Below, one piece after another: positions 13,620 to 25,590 of a stretch of 64,000 nt of DNA (positions within the stretch are counted from its first letter, which is position 1; the number at the start of each line of letters is the position of its first letter). The DNA comes from Chrysomallon squamiferum. Lineage: Eukaryota; Animalia; Mollusca. A model generated the notes under the pieces. That model did not search any database. It was not told where the DNA came from and saw only the letters and a program-made list of their open reading frames with translations. Location of the stretch: assembly GCA_012295275.1 (NCBI GenBank), contig CM022675.1, positions 3,472,001-3,536,000 on the forward strand, read 5' to 3'. Made by a program: the position numbers and the translations under genes.

Positions 13620-16268
13620 CACATACATACAGCATTATTTGAATTCAAAACTTTTTTTTCTAACTGAATAGTATTAATGAAAAAAAGAAATTGTAATATT
13701 TGTTCTGTAAGTAAATATGTTCTGTTTTATTACAGCTACTCTGCGCGTATTAAATGACGTCACATGGGATACAGCGTTTTATACATGTCATCAACATGGA
13801 GAACAACTGTACAGTACGTCAGATATTACGTCACTGAGCGATGTCACAGCAGGCAGTTACTGGATTGGAGCTAAAGTTCAGTACAGTTCATGGATGTGGA
13901 CAGGTGAAGTAAACAGTTATTAGTTTACTTTACTGAGCAGGTACGATCATAAAACATAAAGGAATACTACCTCATATAAAGAGATATATAGCATCTAGTC
14001 ATGTGATGTAAAATACGTCACAACAGGAATATCTATTTAACACAGACAGCTATTTAATATAATTAATCTTTTTTAACACAAATATATATATATTTCTTTT
14101 TGTAGTTGCTGTTGCTCGTGGGTGGATTTATTATTATAATTTTAGTAATTGCTATTGTTTGTTATTAATACGTTTATTGAAAGTCGAACTAGCTTAGAAA
14201 TAAAGAAATGAAATTTTTGTAATTATATAATATGTGTTTATGTGTGTGTGTGCAAGTGCGTATCTGTGTACGTGTGTCTGTGCGTTTATTTGCGTGTGTG
14301 TGAGACTAGATTTTATGTACAAAATAATGCTTACATTGTAAAATCGATTATACTAAAGAAATCAATTTTGGTTTACAGTGGATAACACACCACTGTTTGA
14401 TTATCTCGAAGAACTGAACAAATCACAGTCTGTACAGTTTTATCACATCAAATATGACAACCAGGCAAGCCGATGTTACTACAAATGTCAACAAAACAAA
14501 ACTACTAGAAGTGTAATGTATGTGGGATTGCAGGTTAGTAACATAGATTAAATAAATAGTTACATACGCAAAGACATAAAGACATGTACATAAATACATA
14601 CATACATACATACATACAAACGTACATACATACATTCATACAAACATATATATCTATATACACATATAGATATATATATATACATGCATAGGTGTAAACA
14701 TACATTTATACATATGGAACCATATGTACATACATACTTATATACTGATATACGTACGTATGCACATATACATATAAACTTTAAAAATATTTCTTAGTGG
14801 TAAAAACGTTTTGGAAAAAAAGATATTTATATCAGGCTGTTGTGAGGATTGTTTCTCACTGATATCTTAATAATGTGTTACCTGTTTGGAAAGGGAAACA
14901 GAATCAGTTGATGTGAAAGTGGTAAGAAATTATTTTTAACACGTGTTATATTTATTATTTTAAATGTTTGTATTACAGAGAGAGAAATGTTATTGTTTTA
15001 ACTCGAGAAGCTGGAATCAGATCCCAAATAAGTCTGTTCAAAATGAAAAGAAAATTGGTTGTCTAGGAAACTTCAAAGAAAACTGTGGTACTGAAAATTC
15101 AATAAGTATTTATAAAACAGGTAAAATCTTCTTTACGTCTGTAGGCTTGTTTGTGTTCATCTATTTCTCTGATATTATCGGCAATATTGAGTATTTATTT
15201 ATTTAGAAGACATTTTTTGTTTGCTTGATGACACGTTAAGATTTGATGGCAATCGTGTTGCCATAGTAATTAATATGGAGTTCCAGATTTTTTAATGCCT
15301 TTTGTTGAGTATTTAATTAAACAGAATTTGATACATTTTTTATTCACAATATTATTTCTAAAGTAGAAGTGTAAAAAGAAATACCACTGATACACGAATT
15401 TTTATTTTATTTTATATTTGATAACTACCAAAAACGAATATCCGCAAAATATTAAAATAAAACAATAATATTTTTTTATGATGATTTGTCCAAATACGTA
15501 ATTATTTATTTATTTATTTATTTCCATTTATTTATTATCTTTATTTTATTTTGTTTTTGTTCATTTATTTTATTTTATTTGTTTTATTTATTTACAGATT
15601 TGACAATGAGGTATGTTAAGTGGTTACTTGATGTTGATGGTGTTTGTGGCTACATTGAACAAAGTGTAAATACTTTTGTGAAAACAGATAAAAACTGTAA
15701 CACACAGAGAGGATTTGTCTGTGACTGTGAGTGAATTTTTTTCTTTCTTTCTTTTTTTCCCTTCGGTTTGTGGAATTTTCTTTACTTTTTTCTAGAAGAT
15801 TTCTCGCTGTGTGTGTGTGTGGTGAGTGTTTGTAATAGTTAATAAAATGTTTTATTACAAAACAAAATTATATAATATAGATATATAATGTTGCTTTTTA
15901 TTTCAGATAAGTTACCTTGATATTATTTGTTTCCTCGTTTATTACAGGTGCTGAAGATTACAACAATACTTCATGTTATCATCATGACAAGACTCACAGC
16001 TGGTTTTCATCTAACTCAACTTGCTCATTAACAAACTTTAATAAAAACAATGCTGAACTAATTAGAAGAAAAATTCAGGGTGGAGTACAGTACTGGATTG
16101 GACTAAAACGTTACAGACAAATAGTTTGGTTTGACAGTTTTTACAGTGAGTTATTGTAAAACTGATTAATTTTTGTTTATGTTCTCCTTTTCCAGTCTTT
16201 TTTTTTAATTCATTCTAATTTAATTCTTCGTTCAGATGATTTAGGTTTTTATTTCAATAATAATAATA

Positions 16269-16307
<39 letters not shown>

Positions 16308-17476
16308 ACTAACACTAATAATAATACTAATGTGACTATTTATTTACTTACCTACTTACATATTTACTTATTCAATTATTCTATGGAATACTAGGTGGTA
16401 CTCTTTTCGTTTGTTTAATTAAGTATACTTTGAATTTCAGATCAAACGCCAAATGTAAACATTACACAAAATGGCTGTGTATTGCTAGAACATTTCTCAA
16501 AAGGCAACTTTTCATTTTCAGTTGGTAATTGTAGAGATGTTCATTCCGCTATTTGTATTAGGAGTAAGTATTATTTATTTATTTTTATTTATTTATTTAT
16601 GTATTTATTTATTTATGTATTTATTTATTTATTTATACACAGGTATTTGTCAAGTATTGTATTCATTAGTAAAATGAAATTTTCAGTGAACAGCTTAAAG
16701 AATTTACAGTAGACGACTTTGGACACAGCTGTTAGTGCTAACCATCGAGTATTTGAAATCCTCTTTTAGTTTATCTGAACGCTACGATTAATTTTTTATC
16801 ATCACCAAGAACATATTAATCTTTGTGAATTAGATTTTAATAATTTTCTAAAGAACTAAAAATGAACTGATAATAAGGTATGTTCAAAAGTATTCTGCTA
16901 CAGTTTTCATTGAGAACCTATTGATATGTTATTTGCTCATTCTCACAGACAGAAGTTTATACACACTTATACTAAATAATTAATGAAGCACTGGATGAAA
17001 CAAGCAATAACCCATACAAATAATGGCAATCGCTAAAAACAGTATGGTCAGTGTATAATAGTAAATTTATGTTGACAGTTATTTAAATATTGTCGATAAA
17101 ATTATTTCAAAAAATATATAGTTACATATTTTTTGTTTTACAGATTCCAATTTTCGAACATCTAACCTTCCAGGCAGTGAAACATATAAATCAAGTCCAG
17201 GTATTAATAACAATGTATTTTTAATCTTTGGATAATTCTCTATTAAGAAATGTATAAAAACAGATGAATGGACGGATCAATGGACAGACAGAGAGAGAGA
17301 GATACATTCGTATATACAGATACAGATTATAGATCTATAGATAGATTGTTTGCTGCTGTTTTGTTGTTGTTATTTTTGTTGGTGTTTTGTTTTTGGGTTT
17401 TTTTTTTGTTGTTGTTATTTGGAGGTTTTTTGTTCTTTTGTTTTTCTTTTAATCTTACTACCAATAGAAACCTTTA

Positions 17477-17538
<62 letters not shown>

Positions 17539-19533
17539 TTACACTTCTCGTAAAGCACTTATGAACTTTAAGAAAATATACGTCTTATTTCTTAAAACGT
17601 TGTTAAAATATTTGACTTTATCTCATTCACATTTGTTAGTTCCAAGTTCCTCGGAAATAACAACTTCGAAAGGAGATAAAACAAGTCACAAATCTTCTTC
17701 GTCAGAAAAGTCTGCAAAGGAGACAACTCCCTTCACTTCCGTACCAGGTACACTAATTATTTCCCTTCGTAAATAGTTAGTTAATAATTTCTTTAAATTC
17801 ATAATTGAAAATTACGAATAAACCATTGTTAGTGTAATTTCGCATATAAATAATTTTTGAAAACTAACAAAAAATTAAATGAACATTTCAAAAATAACAT
17901 ATATATATATATATTTGGTGGTAACAGGATTGTATCCAAATTTTAAAATATTGGATATTGATTATTAATATATTGAAATTAATAATGTTTGTCACATTTC
18001 ATAAAACGTTGTTAAAACATACGATTTTTTCACATTCAAATTTGTTAGTTGCAAGTTCCTCTGAAATAACAAAATCAGGAGAAGACAAAACAAATCAGAC
18101 GCCAACTGCGTCAGAAATGTCTGGAAGGCAGACAACTCCTTTCACTTCCGTACCAGGTAAAATACTTATTTCCCTTAGTTAATTTCTTTAAATTCATATT
18201 TGATATTTACAATTTAACCATTGTTAGTGTAATTTCACAAATAAATAACTTTTGAAACCTAACCAACAGAAAATTAAATGCAATACAGCAATATTTTGTG
18301 CTAACAGAATTCTAACAAAACAATAAATATTAGATATTATTTATTATTGTATTGAAATTAATAATAGCAAAACTGTAGAAGTTGTTTTATTACTATAGTT
18401 GTTGTATTTGTAATAGTAGTAGATGTTGTTATAGTACTACTAGTAAAAGAAATTCTATTAACTTTCTTCTTTTTATTATGATATTAATAGTACTGTCGCT
18501 ATTGTTGTTGTTGTTATTATCATTATTATTTTTATCACTGTGATCATTATCATTGTTTTCATCATTTTTACCATCATCATCATTATAATTATCATTGCTA
18601 CTACTACCATTATTATTTGTTTTCTTGTTATTGTTATTGTCAATGTTATTTTTAATGTTGTTGTTAATGTTATTGGCATTATTGTTTGTTGTTGTTAATA
18701 TTGTTGTTGTCATTGTATTGTTCTTGTTATGATTGTTGTTGTTGTTGTTGCAGGTGCTGCAGTTACAAAAGCTCAGATTCTTAATAAAAATGAAAAAGAT
18801 CAAACAGGTAAGATAAAAACAATGTTTACCTGAATCTAACATGTGTACTTTAGTTATTAATATTTATTTACTTTCATAAAAACTGCATATGCGACGAAGT
18901 ACAATATATTTGATTTATCTTTGTAAAAAAGAAAAAAAAATGAAATAAAATATAAAATTTAAATATCTATCCTGTAAAATGTAACTCTAATACTAACATT
19001 AAACAAAACTAAATTAATATAATTATACTGTTAATAGTAAAATAGTCAGTAGATTATGTGTCAACAAATCAATTTATTTGTTTTTCATTTACAAATGTTT
19101 ATTTATTTATTTATTTATTTATTCATTTGTTTGTTTGTTTAATGTAATCATACACAGACATTTCTGAAGTATTTTAATCACTACTAAAACCAAATTTTCA
19201 ATGAATACCATAAATAATATAAAATATGATCTGGATCCACTTGTTAGCGCTAACCACTGAGTCTATGAAAATCTGAACCTATAACCCACTTTTGTTTATC
19301 TGAACAAACCGATTCACTTTTTATCATCACCTACTCGATAACTTTATTTTATTATTGTATATAATTTTCTATAGAAATAAAAATCAACGAAACTGTTATT
19401 TATGTAGGTGTTGCTGTGGGTGTTTCTGTTACTCTAATTCTACTCGTAGTTGGAGCTGTTGTTATGACAGTTTGGATGAAAAGGTAAACATAAAAACAGT
19501 TCTATGTTGTACTTTTCATGCTTATTAAAATTC

Positions 19534-19564
<31 letters not shown>

Positions 19565-20475
19565 ACTTCTTTTTTTATTCAAATCTGACTGTTTGTAAAT
19601 GAAATACATTTCGTTTGTTATATTTATTTATTTATTTGTTTCGTTTGTTATGTTTGTTTATCTTTTCATTTGTTCATTTGTTTTTTGTTGTTTATATATT
19701 TATTTGTTTACTTATTTATTATATGTTTGTTTATTATTTTTTGTTTCTTAATTTTTTGTTGTTTATTTATTTATTGTTTGGTTTATTTGTCCTATTATTT
19801 TTTCTTTTCTTGTTTTTCTTTCTCTTCAGATCACATACATTTTGTTTCAAGACTAAACGAGAAAGCAGCAATACTCGACAAATCAGATCTGTGAATCATC
19901 AAAACTTGTCAGATTACGATGAGATCAAACCAGGAACTGATTCAAATTATGAGTTTGAAACTCTAACAAACGTTACCATGGCAACCAAGCCAAAGTCCAG
20001 TGACTACGAACTGGCGACTGATGTGAATGCAGCAAATGTTCAAACAACCAACAACTACAACAACATCATTGATGATGACTACAACGTCCTAGATGAAAGC
20101 AATCCAGTTAAATCAAGTTCTGATGTCTACAGTCAGGTAAACAAGATGAAGAAGAACAAAGCATCTGGGCCACACATCATTGACAATCAGAATAGCAACG
20201 ACAACCACACTGACATCACCGTTGAAGGTGATTATGATACAGCTGACTCAAAACCAAAGTCCATGTCTACTCATGACAAAACATACAACCACATCGGAGA
20301 CGTCATGGAAGGTGATTACGATACAACAGCTCCAAAGACGACATCTTCTCATGATGAGACGTACAACCACATCGCTGCTGTGACTGAAGACGACTACAAC
20401 ATCGCTGACATGGATTTCAGAAAAGCTGACTACACCAGTGATGATTACAGCCACCTTGATTCTGTGAGAGGTTGA
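13171..20475 (+). CDS. Receptor copy B (intact): signal peptide, CTLD split by a WSC domain, second CTLD, Ser/Thr stalk, TM, 13-Tyr cytoplasmic tail; about 680 aa
   Basis: 13 canonical GT-AG exons with consistent phase, totalling 2043 nt: 13171-13249, 13736-13903, 14379-14533, 14979-15120, 15598-15726, 15948-16145, 16441-16563, 17144-17200, 17640-17747, 18049-18156, 18754-18807, 19408-19483 (TM GVAVGVSVTLILLVVGAVVMTVWMKR), 19830-20475. CTLD motifs W..A...C...G..L and YWIG; WSC motifs C...C...YVGLQ..CYC...C.GN..ENCG...SIY.T. Confidence 0.9.
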
Positions 20476-20779
20476 TTATGTTCCCACAACACGTACTACT
20501 CTTTCTTATTATTAACAAGATATGTACCCTCTCATAGACAGGAAAACCAGTCACTTGGTACTGGCTGGAACAGGAAATATTTTACAATAATCATAAATAT
20601 TAGTACACATGTCAACATCAGGGGTTGGAACTGGAATTAGTAAAATAAGTGACAGTTTTAGCTGTGAAGAGTAGTTGTATAAATTTGTGAATAATTAGTA
20701 GTTTGCAATTAATTAGTAAGCAAAATATTGTTTAATGATACAAGCTTTAGCTGTTAGTGCCACATATTTATGTAATGAT

Positions 20780-20812
<33 letters not shown>

Positions 20813-21569
20813 TAGAAAACAGATGCATGGGTCTACATATGTATACAGAAATACATAGAATATGATATAAATAAATCTGCATGCAGAGATGTGTGCAAAT
20901 GTGTATATATTCAAACATACATAAATGTATGTATTTAGTCTGTATGTATGTATGTATGTATGCATGAGTATAAACTACATCTATCTGTATATCTGTTTCT
21001 TTGAGCATGTGTTTTTGTACAATCAATTTATAATTTAAATTAATAGATAGATACAAGAGTTATCTGGTTTGCATTAGAACAGTTTATATTGAAACCTCTC
21101 CTGTCTCTCAGTTTTTATAATGAAATACAATTCACAGCAAATTTAGAGAAAAAACAACAACAAAAAAACATTTCCTTGTAAGAAAAAGTTTTTCTTGGAA
21201 CCTCAGAATGAAGCTACTGTATTTTGTAGTTTTTTATAGAAACAAATAGATTTAAAATAAACAAAAATCACCTAGTTATAATTGCATAATAATATTTGAT
21301 TGGATAGTATATATACTTTATGTACAAAAATAAATCACTTACAACTGCTTATCCTGTCATAGATTTGTCAACGACACTAAATTTAACACAATAATCAATT
21401 TACTATACACAACCAATTTCTCTTGTTTTTAACATTACAACATTAAACATTATTTCATAATAATACAGTAAACTGGACTGACTGTTTTATACTGCAAAAC
21501 ATTCATCCATGACACAGCTAATATAAACCAACAATTTCATTACAGAGTTGTAGCAAGTTCATTCTTAAC

Positions 21570-24500
21570 AAGAAAATCTATTTCATAAATTGTTTATAGA
21601 TAAGAACTTAAGACAAATAAATTAACTTACTAGATAAGAATGGGAGAAGACAAATACACTTACTTTTTCTTTGTATTTTTTCTTTTCTTTTTTCTTTTCT
21701 CTATATTTTTAAATAATGTCTGCATTAAATTTGTTCTCTTTACTAACAAAGGAAGAGCTATGATTATAAACATCTCCCTAGAAAATGTTTATTATTTAAA
21801 AATAAAAATAAAACACGAAAACACAAAAATTAATAAAGTCATATTATTATCCTGCATATAGACAGACCTGGTGTATATAACTGGTATAAAATCATTCTTG
21901 TTTATATCAAATTTTCCCTCACATTCTCATATAAACATTAGTCAAGTTAACAAAATGATTTGAAAATATAAAACGTAGACAATATATCTCTGCTTTGTAC
22001 ATAAAGTCTCTAATGAATGTATAATTTATGTACATTTTATAATAATAATTACAATATTATTAAACAGAAAGTTAATTAACAAAATTAATGAGTGCTTAGA
22101 ACCAAAGTGGTCTAAAAATTAGAAAATGATTATCTGATGATAGATTTTTGATAAGATGCATAACTGTGCAGAGGTTCTAACTTTTGACAATCATTTTTAA
22201 CTCAATCCAGTTTTGTGAGTATTATTTTACTTTTGTACACTTTGATAACTTCATTATCAATCATCTAAAAATGTAATTTCTATGTTTAAGACAAAACTGA
22301 TTCTATGCCCTTCTTTTTATATTGTTATATTAATAAAATATTTACGTATTTTTATATAACGAATAAAGTATTGATCAACAAATCCTGGAGTTTTTTCTTG
22401 TTTTTTTTTTATCATTTCTGAGTTTTGTTTTGTTGTATGCTTTTCTAATAACAATTCTTCAATTATTAATCTTGTTAAAAAATTTTGCCATGATATATTT
22501 GATATTAAACTTATTAAAATAACAAAAGTTTATCTCATACTAAACTCTCTGAAATTGCATAGCAAATTTTATTATATTTTATGATTGAAGAAATATATGG
22601 ATATCTGAAGACATTAAAAATATTTGGGTTATTTAAAACCTTTTAAAACCATTTTAAAATTAAAAATTAAAAATAATAAAAATAATAATAATAAAAAAAT
22701 AATAATAATATTATTTTTTTTTATTTGTTTTTTTTCTTTATTTATTTATTTATTTATATTGTTATAAATTTAAATTTTTGAATATAAAAAATAAAACTGA
22801 TAAAGGCATGTTGTATGGTGTTTAATTTGAAATATTTTTCTCAATGATTATTTTTCAAAATTATTTCACTGATCTGATGCACAAAAGTGATTTTTTTTTG
22901 TTCCTAGTTAACACAATAAAATATTCAAAAAAATAAAATTGATTAAAAAAAAAAATCATAAAAAAAAGAAGTAAATAAACAGCAGTAAAACAGAATAAAT
23001 TAAAAATTCATTCATAGAATAACACTTAAAAAAATGTCTCATAAAATATTATTGAAAAATAAAATACAAATTTTTCTGACATCGAGGTAAACACTTTTAT
23101 TTTTACATTTTTTTTATTATTAGATTTTTTTTTTTTATAATCAAGTGTAAATTTTATATTTCATTTGCTTGTGAAAATTTGTATAATTTGAAAACTGTTT
23201 CTGTTTACTTCCTCTATCTTTTCCAAAATTTGACATTATAAAACAATCATTTGTATATTTGTTCTATTGTTTATAATGCATTAATAACTTAACAATAGTC
23301 AATTCAAAAAGTTATTTCGGTCTCGACAAAAGTTTTGAGTTCATCGCATTATTATAATTCATAAACACTGAAATAACTTGACAAATACAAACTGTGTGGT
23401 ATGTGATGCTCTGTTTAAATTATTCTATCACAAACCTTGAACATCACAAAGTCAACATGAATAAAACTTTTAACATGTGTTAGCCTTTTTACATTCGAAC
23501 ACACCACACAACAAATTTATTTCAGTAATATTTGTGATTGTTTATATTTGTACGTCACAAACTTGAAATTAACTTCATAATATCACAGTGTTTACACAAG
23601 TATATCACAGTTTACTGATAAAACAACATGAATGGTATTATCTATGACACTTTATATATATTTTACTGTTTTTTATACAAATTTAATTGTTTGTTATGAG
23701 ACTAAAATCAAGTTAAAAAATATTTTTAAAATTCAAATATCAGTTTGAGCTCAAAGAAATATTATTATACAAATAAGTTTTTCAGAAATAAAATAAAATA
23801 AATAGGTAACCTGTCTTTTTAAGTCAAGCATGTCTGTACCCACATACACACACGCACATAATCACAACTGAATTTCAAAAGCAGATATAACAATCTATGG
23901 AAATTCTACCTGTAAATAAAAAAAGTCTAACATCTGATATTTTCATTCTGTCATACAATTTAAATTTTGTTTCTTTTTGTTTTTCTTCACTTTTGAAACA
24001 CTTCAGTTTTCTTATCTTCACATATATTTATATACAGGTTTAGTAATTGCCCGTGTATTGTTTGTAAGATATATATAGTTTTTAATTATATAAATCTCAG
24101 AATTTATTTATTTTAATTTTTATTTATTTATTTACTTATCTATTTATTTCAAGGAAATTAAAATCAGCACTTGTAACTTTACAACGTTAAAGGCCCAATC
24201 ACACCATTAAAATGCTATACTGATTGAGTCTCCAGATTACGTTATCTTTTAAGTTACTATGAAGACTGAGCCTCCGCTTGAAACTTATTTTGTGCTCCAG
24301 CATTTTTAATTAAATTTAATAAAAAATAAATAAAAAAAAGTGTCCTGATAATGATTTAATTCCTGTGGGGTTCTTAATTTTTGTTAAACTTAAATACATA
24401 TTAAGAATTAAGACACTTATTATTAGTTCTCTCTACTGTGTAACACGTTACATTATTTCACAAAATAACAGTGACATTTTTAAAACCACTAAAATATATT

Positions 24501-25590
24501 TGTAAGAAATAAAACTCTAAACAAAACAGTAACAGAGATCACACACACATTAAAAATACATTTTATATAGTTGTAGTTTGGGTGTTTCTCAGTAAATTTA
24601 TTTAAAATGTATTTTTAATGTAAGTCTGATCTCTGTTACTGTTTAGTTTACAGTTGCATTTCATAGAAATATATTTTAGTGGTTTTAAAAAAGTCACTGT
24701 TGTTTTGTTGTGTTTTAACTTGATTGTAGTTTGTGTTAATAGACAACGAAATTATTCAAAGTGATTGTTTCTTTTTTCCCCTTTTTTCTTCATACACACG
24801 CACGCACGCACGCACACACATTTTGCTATTGAATAAAAAGTCTAAATTACTTTTAAATTGTTTAAAATTTTTACTTTATTGATTTTCACCTCTGTCTTTG
24901 ATAATAAATAAATTACAACAGTAAAATAAAACTGCTACGAAATGTTTGAGTTCCGCCATTTTCCCATTTTCTGATTATAATACTGTAGCATAAACTGTGG
25001 ATTGTGACCATGTTTCTATTTAAAACAAGTAAACGACTGCAGTGCACTGCTTTATGTTAAATTGATTAATCTGTGTTTTAGCAAATTGCTAAATAAGCTA
25101 TTTAAAAAATGTAAAAATTAAAATATTTGTGCAGATTATGCAGTACATGTGTAAAAGTTTTATTTTAACTAGTACATCGAGTATTTAACTCAGTGAAACT
25201 TTATTTGTTTTAGTCTTCAGCGTTTGAGCGCATTACACAGTAAACATGTTCTGTTTCACGTGGCACGTTCATGTACTCATTTTGACAACTTTGGGCCATG
25301 TTGTGTCACCTGCAATAAGAAAACCAAAACTGTCTGTCGTGTAGAAAACAAAATATGAAATTTTAATCAAAATTATTTTAAAAAATAAATTATAATAACA
25401 TGAATTAAGCATAATATTTCCTGGACATATGAAATAATCATAACGAACGAAAATATTATTACATAAATCTAAAAGGATATCTAAAACCATGTTATCAACC
25501 AAGAAAGGTAACTCTATTTACCTTTTAATCTAAACAGCGATGACTGCGCATGTTACTAAACAACCGTAAGGACTGTTACAGAAACACGAA
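21570..25590 (+). repeat. 3' flank of B, segmentally duplicated at about 36850-39480 (3' flank of C)
   Basis: Shared anchors such as gataagaacttaagacaa, aatcattcttgtttatatcaaatt, ccgccattttcccattttctgattataatactg and ccgtaaggactgttacagaaacacgaa. About 1.5 kb (22640-24130) has no counterpart in the second copy. Confidence 0.85.
24461..24707. repeat. Hairpin/inverted repeat with about 105-bp arms and a 38-bp loop (MITE-like)
   Basis: caaaataacagtgacatttttaaaaccactaaaatatattt...ttaaaaatacatttta pairs with taaaatgtatttttaa...aaatatattttagtggttttaaaaaagtcactgttgttttg. Confidence 0.85.

Noticed and set aside
19615-19829. Long hydrophobic N-terminal extensions of ORFs 19615, 35815 and 58730 that look like multi-pass membrane segments
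   Set aside because: They are T-rich intron sequence upstream of clear AG acceptors (19829, 36158, 58648); the true TM is a separate 76-nt exon.
20180-20454. Recurrent alternative-frame and antisense ORFs over the tail exon (also 2348-2625 and 36512-36786)
   Set aside because: Shadows of the paralogous tail exon. The shifted frame matters only as the frameshifted end of F.
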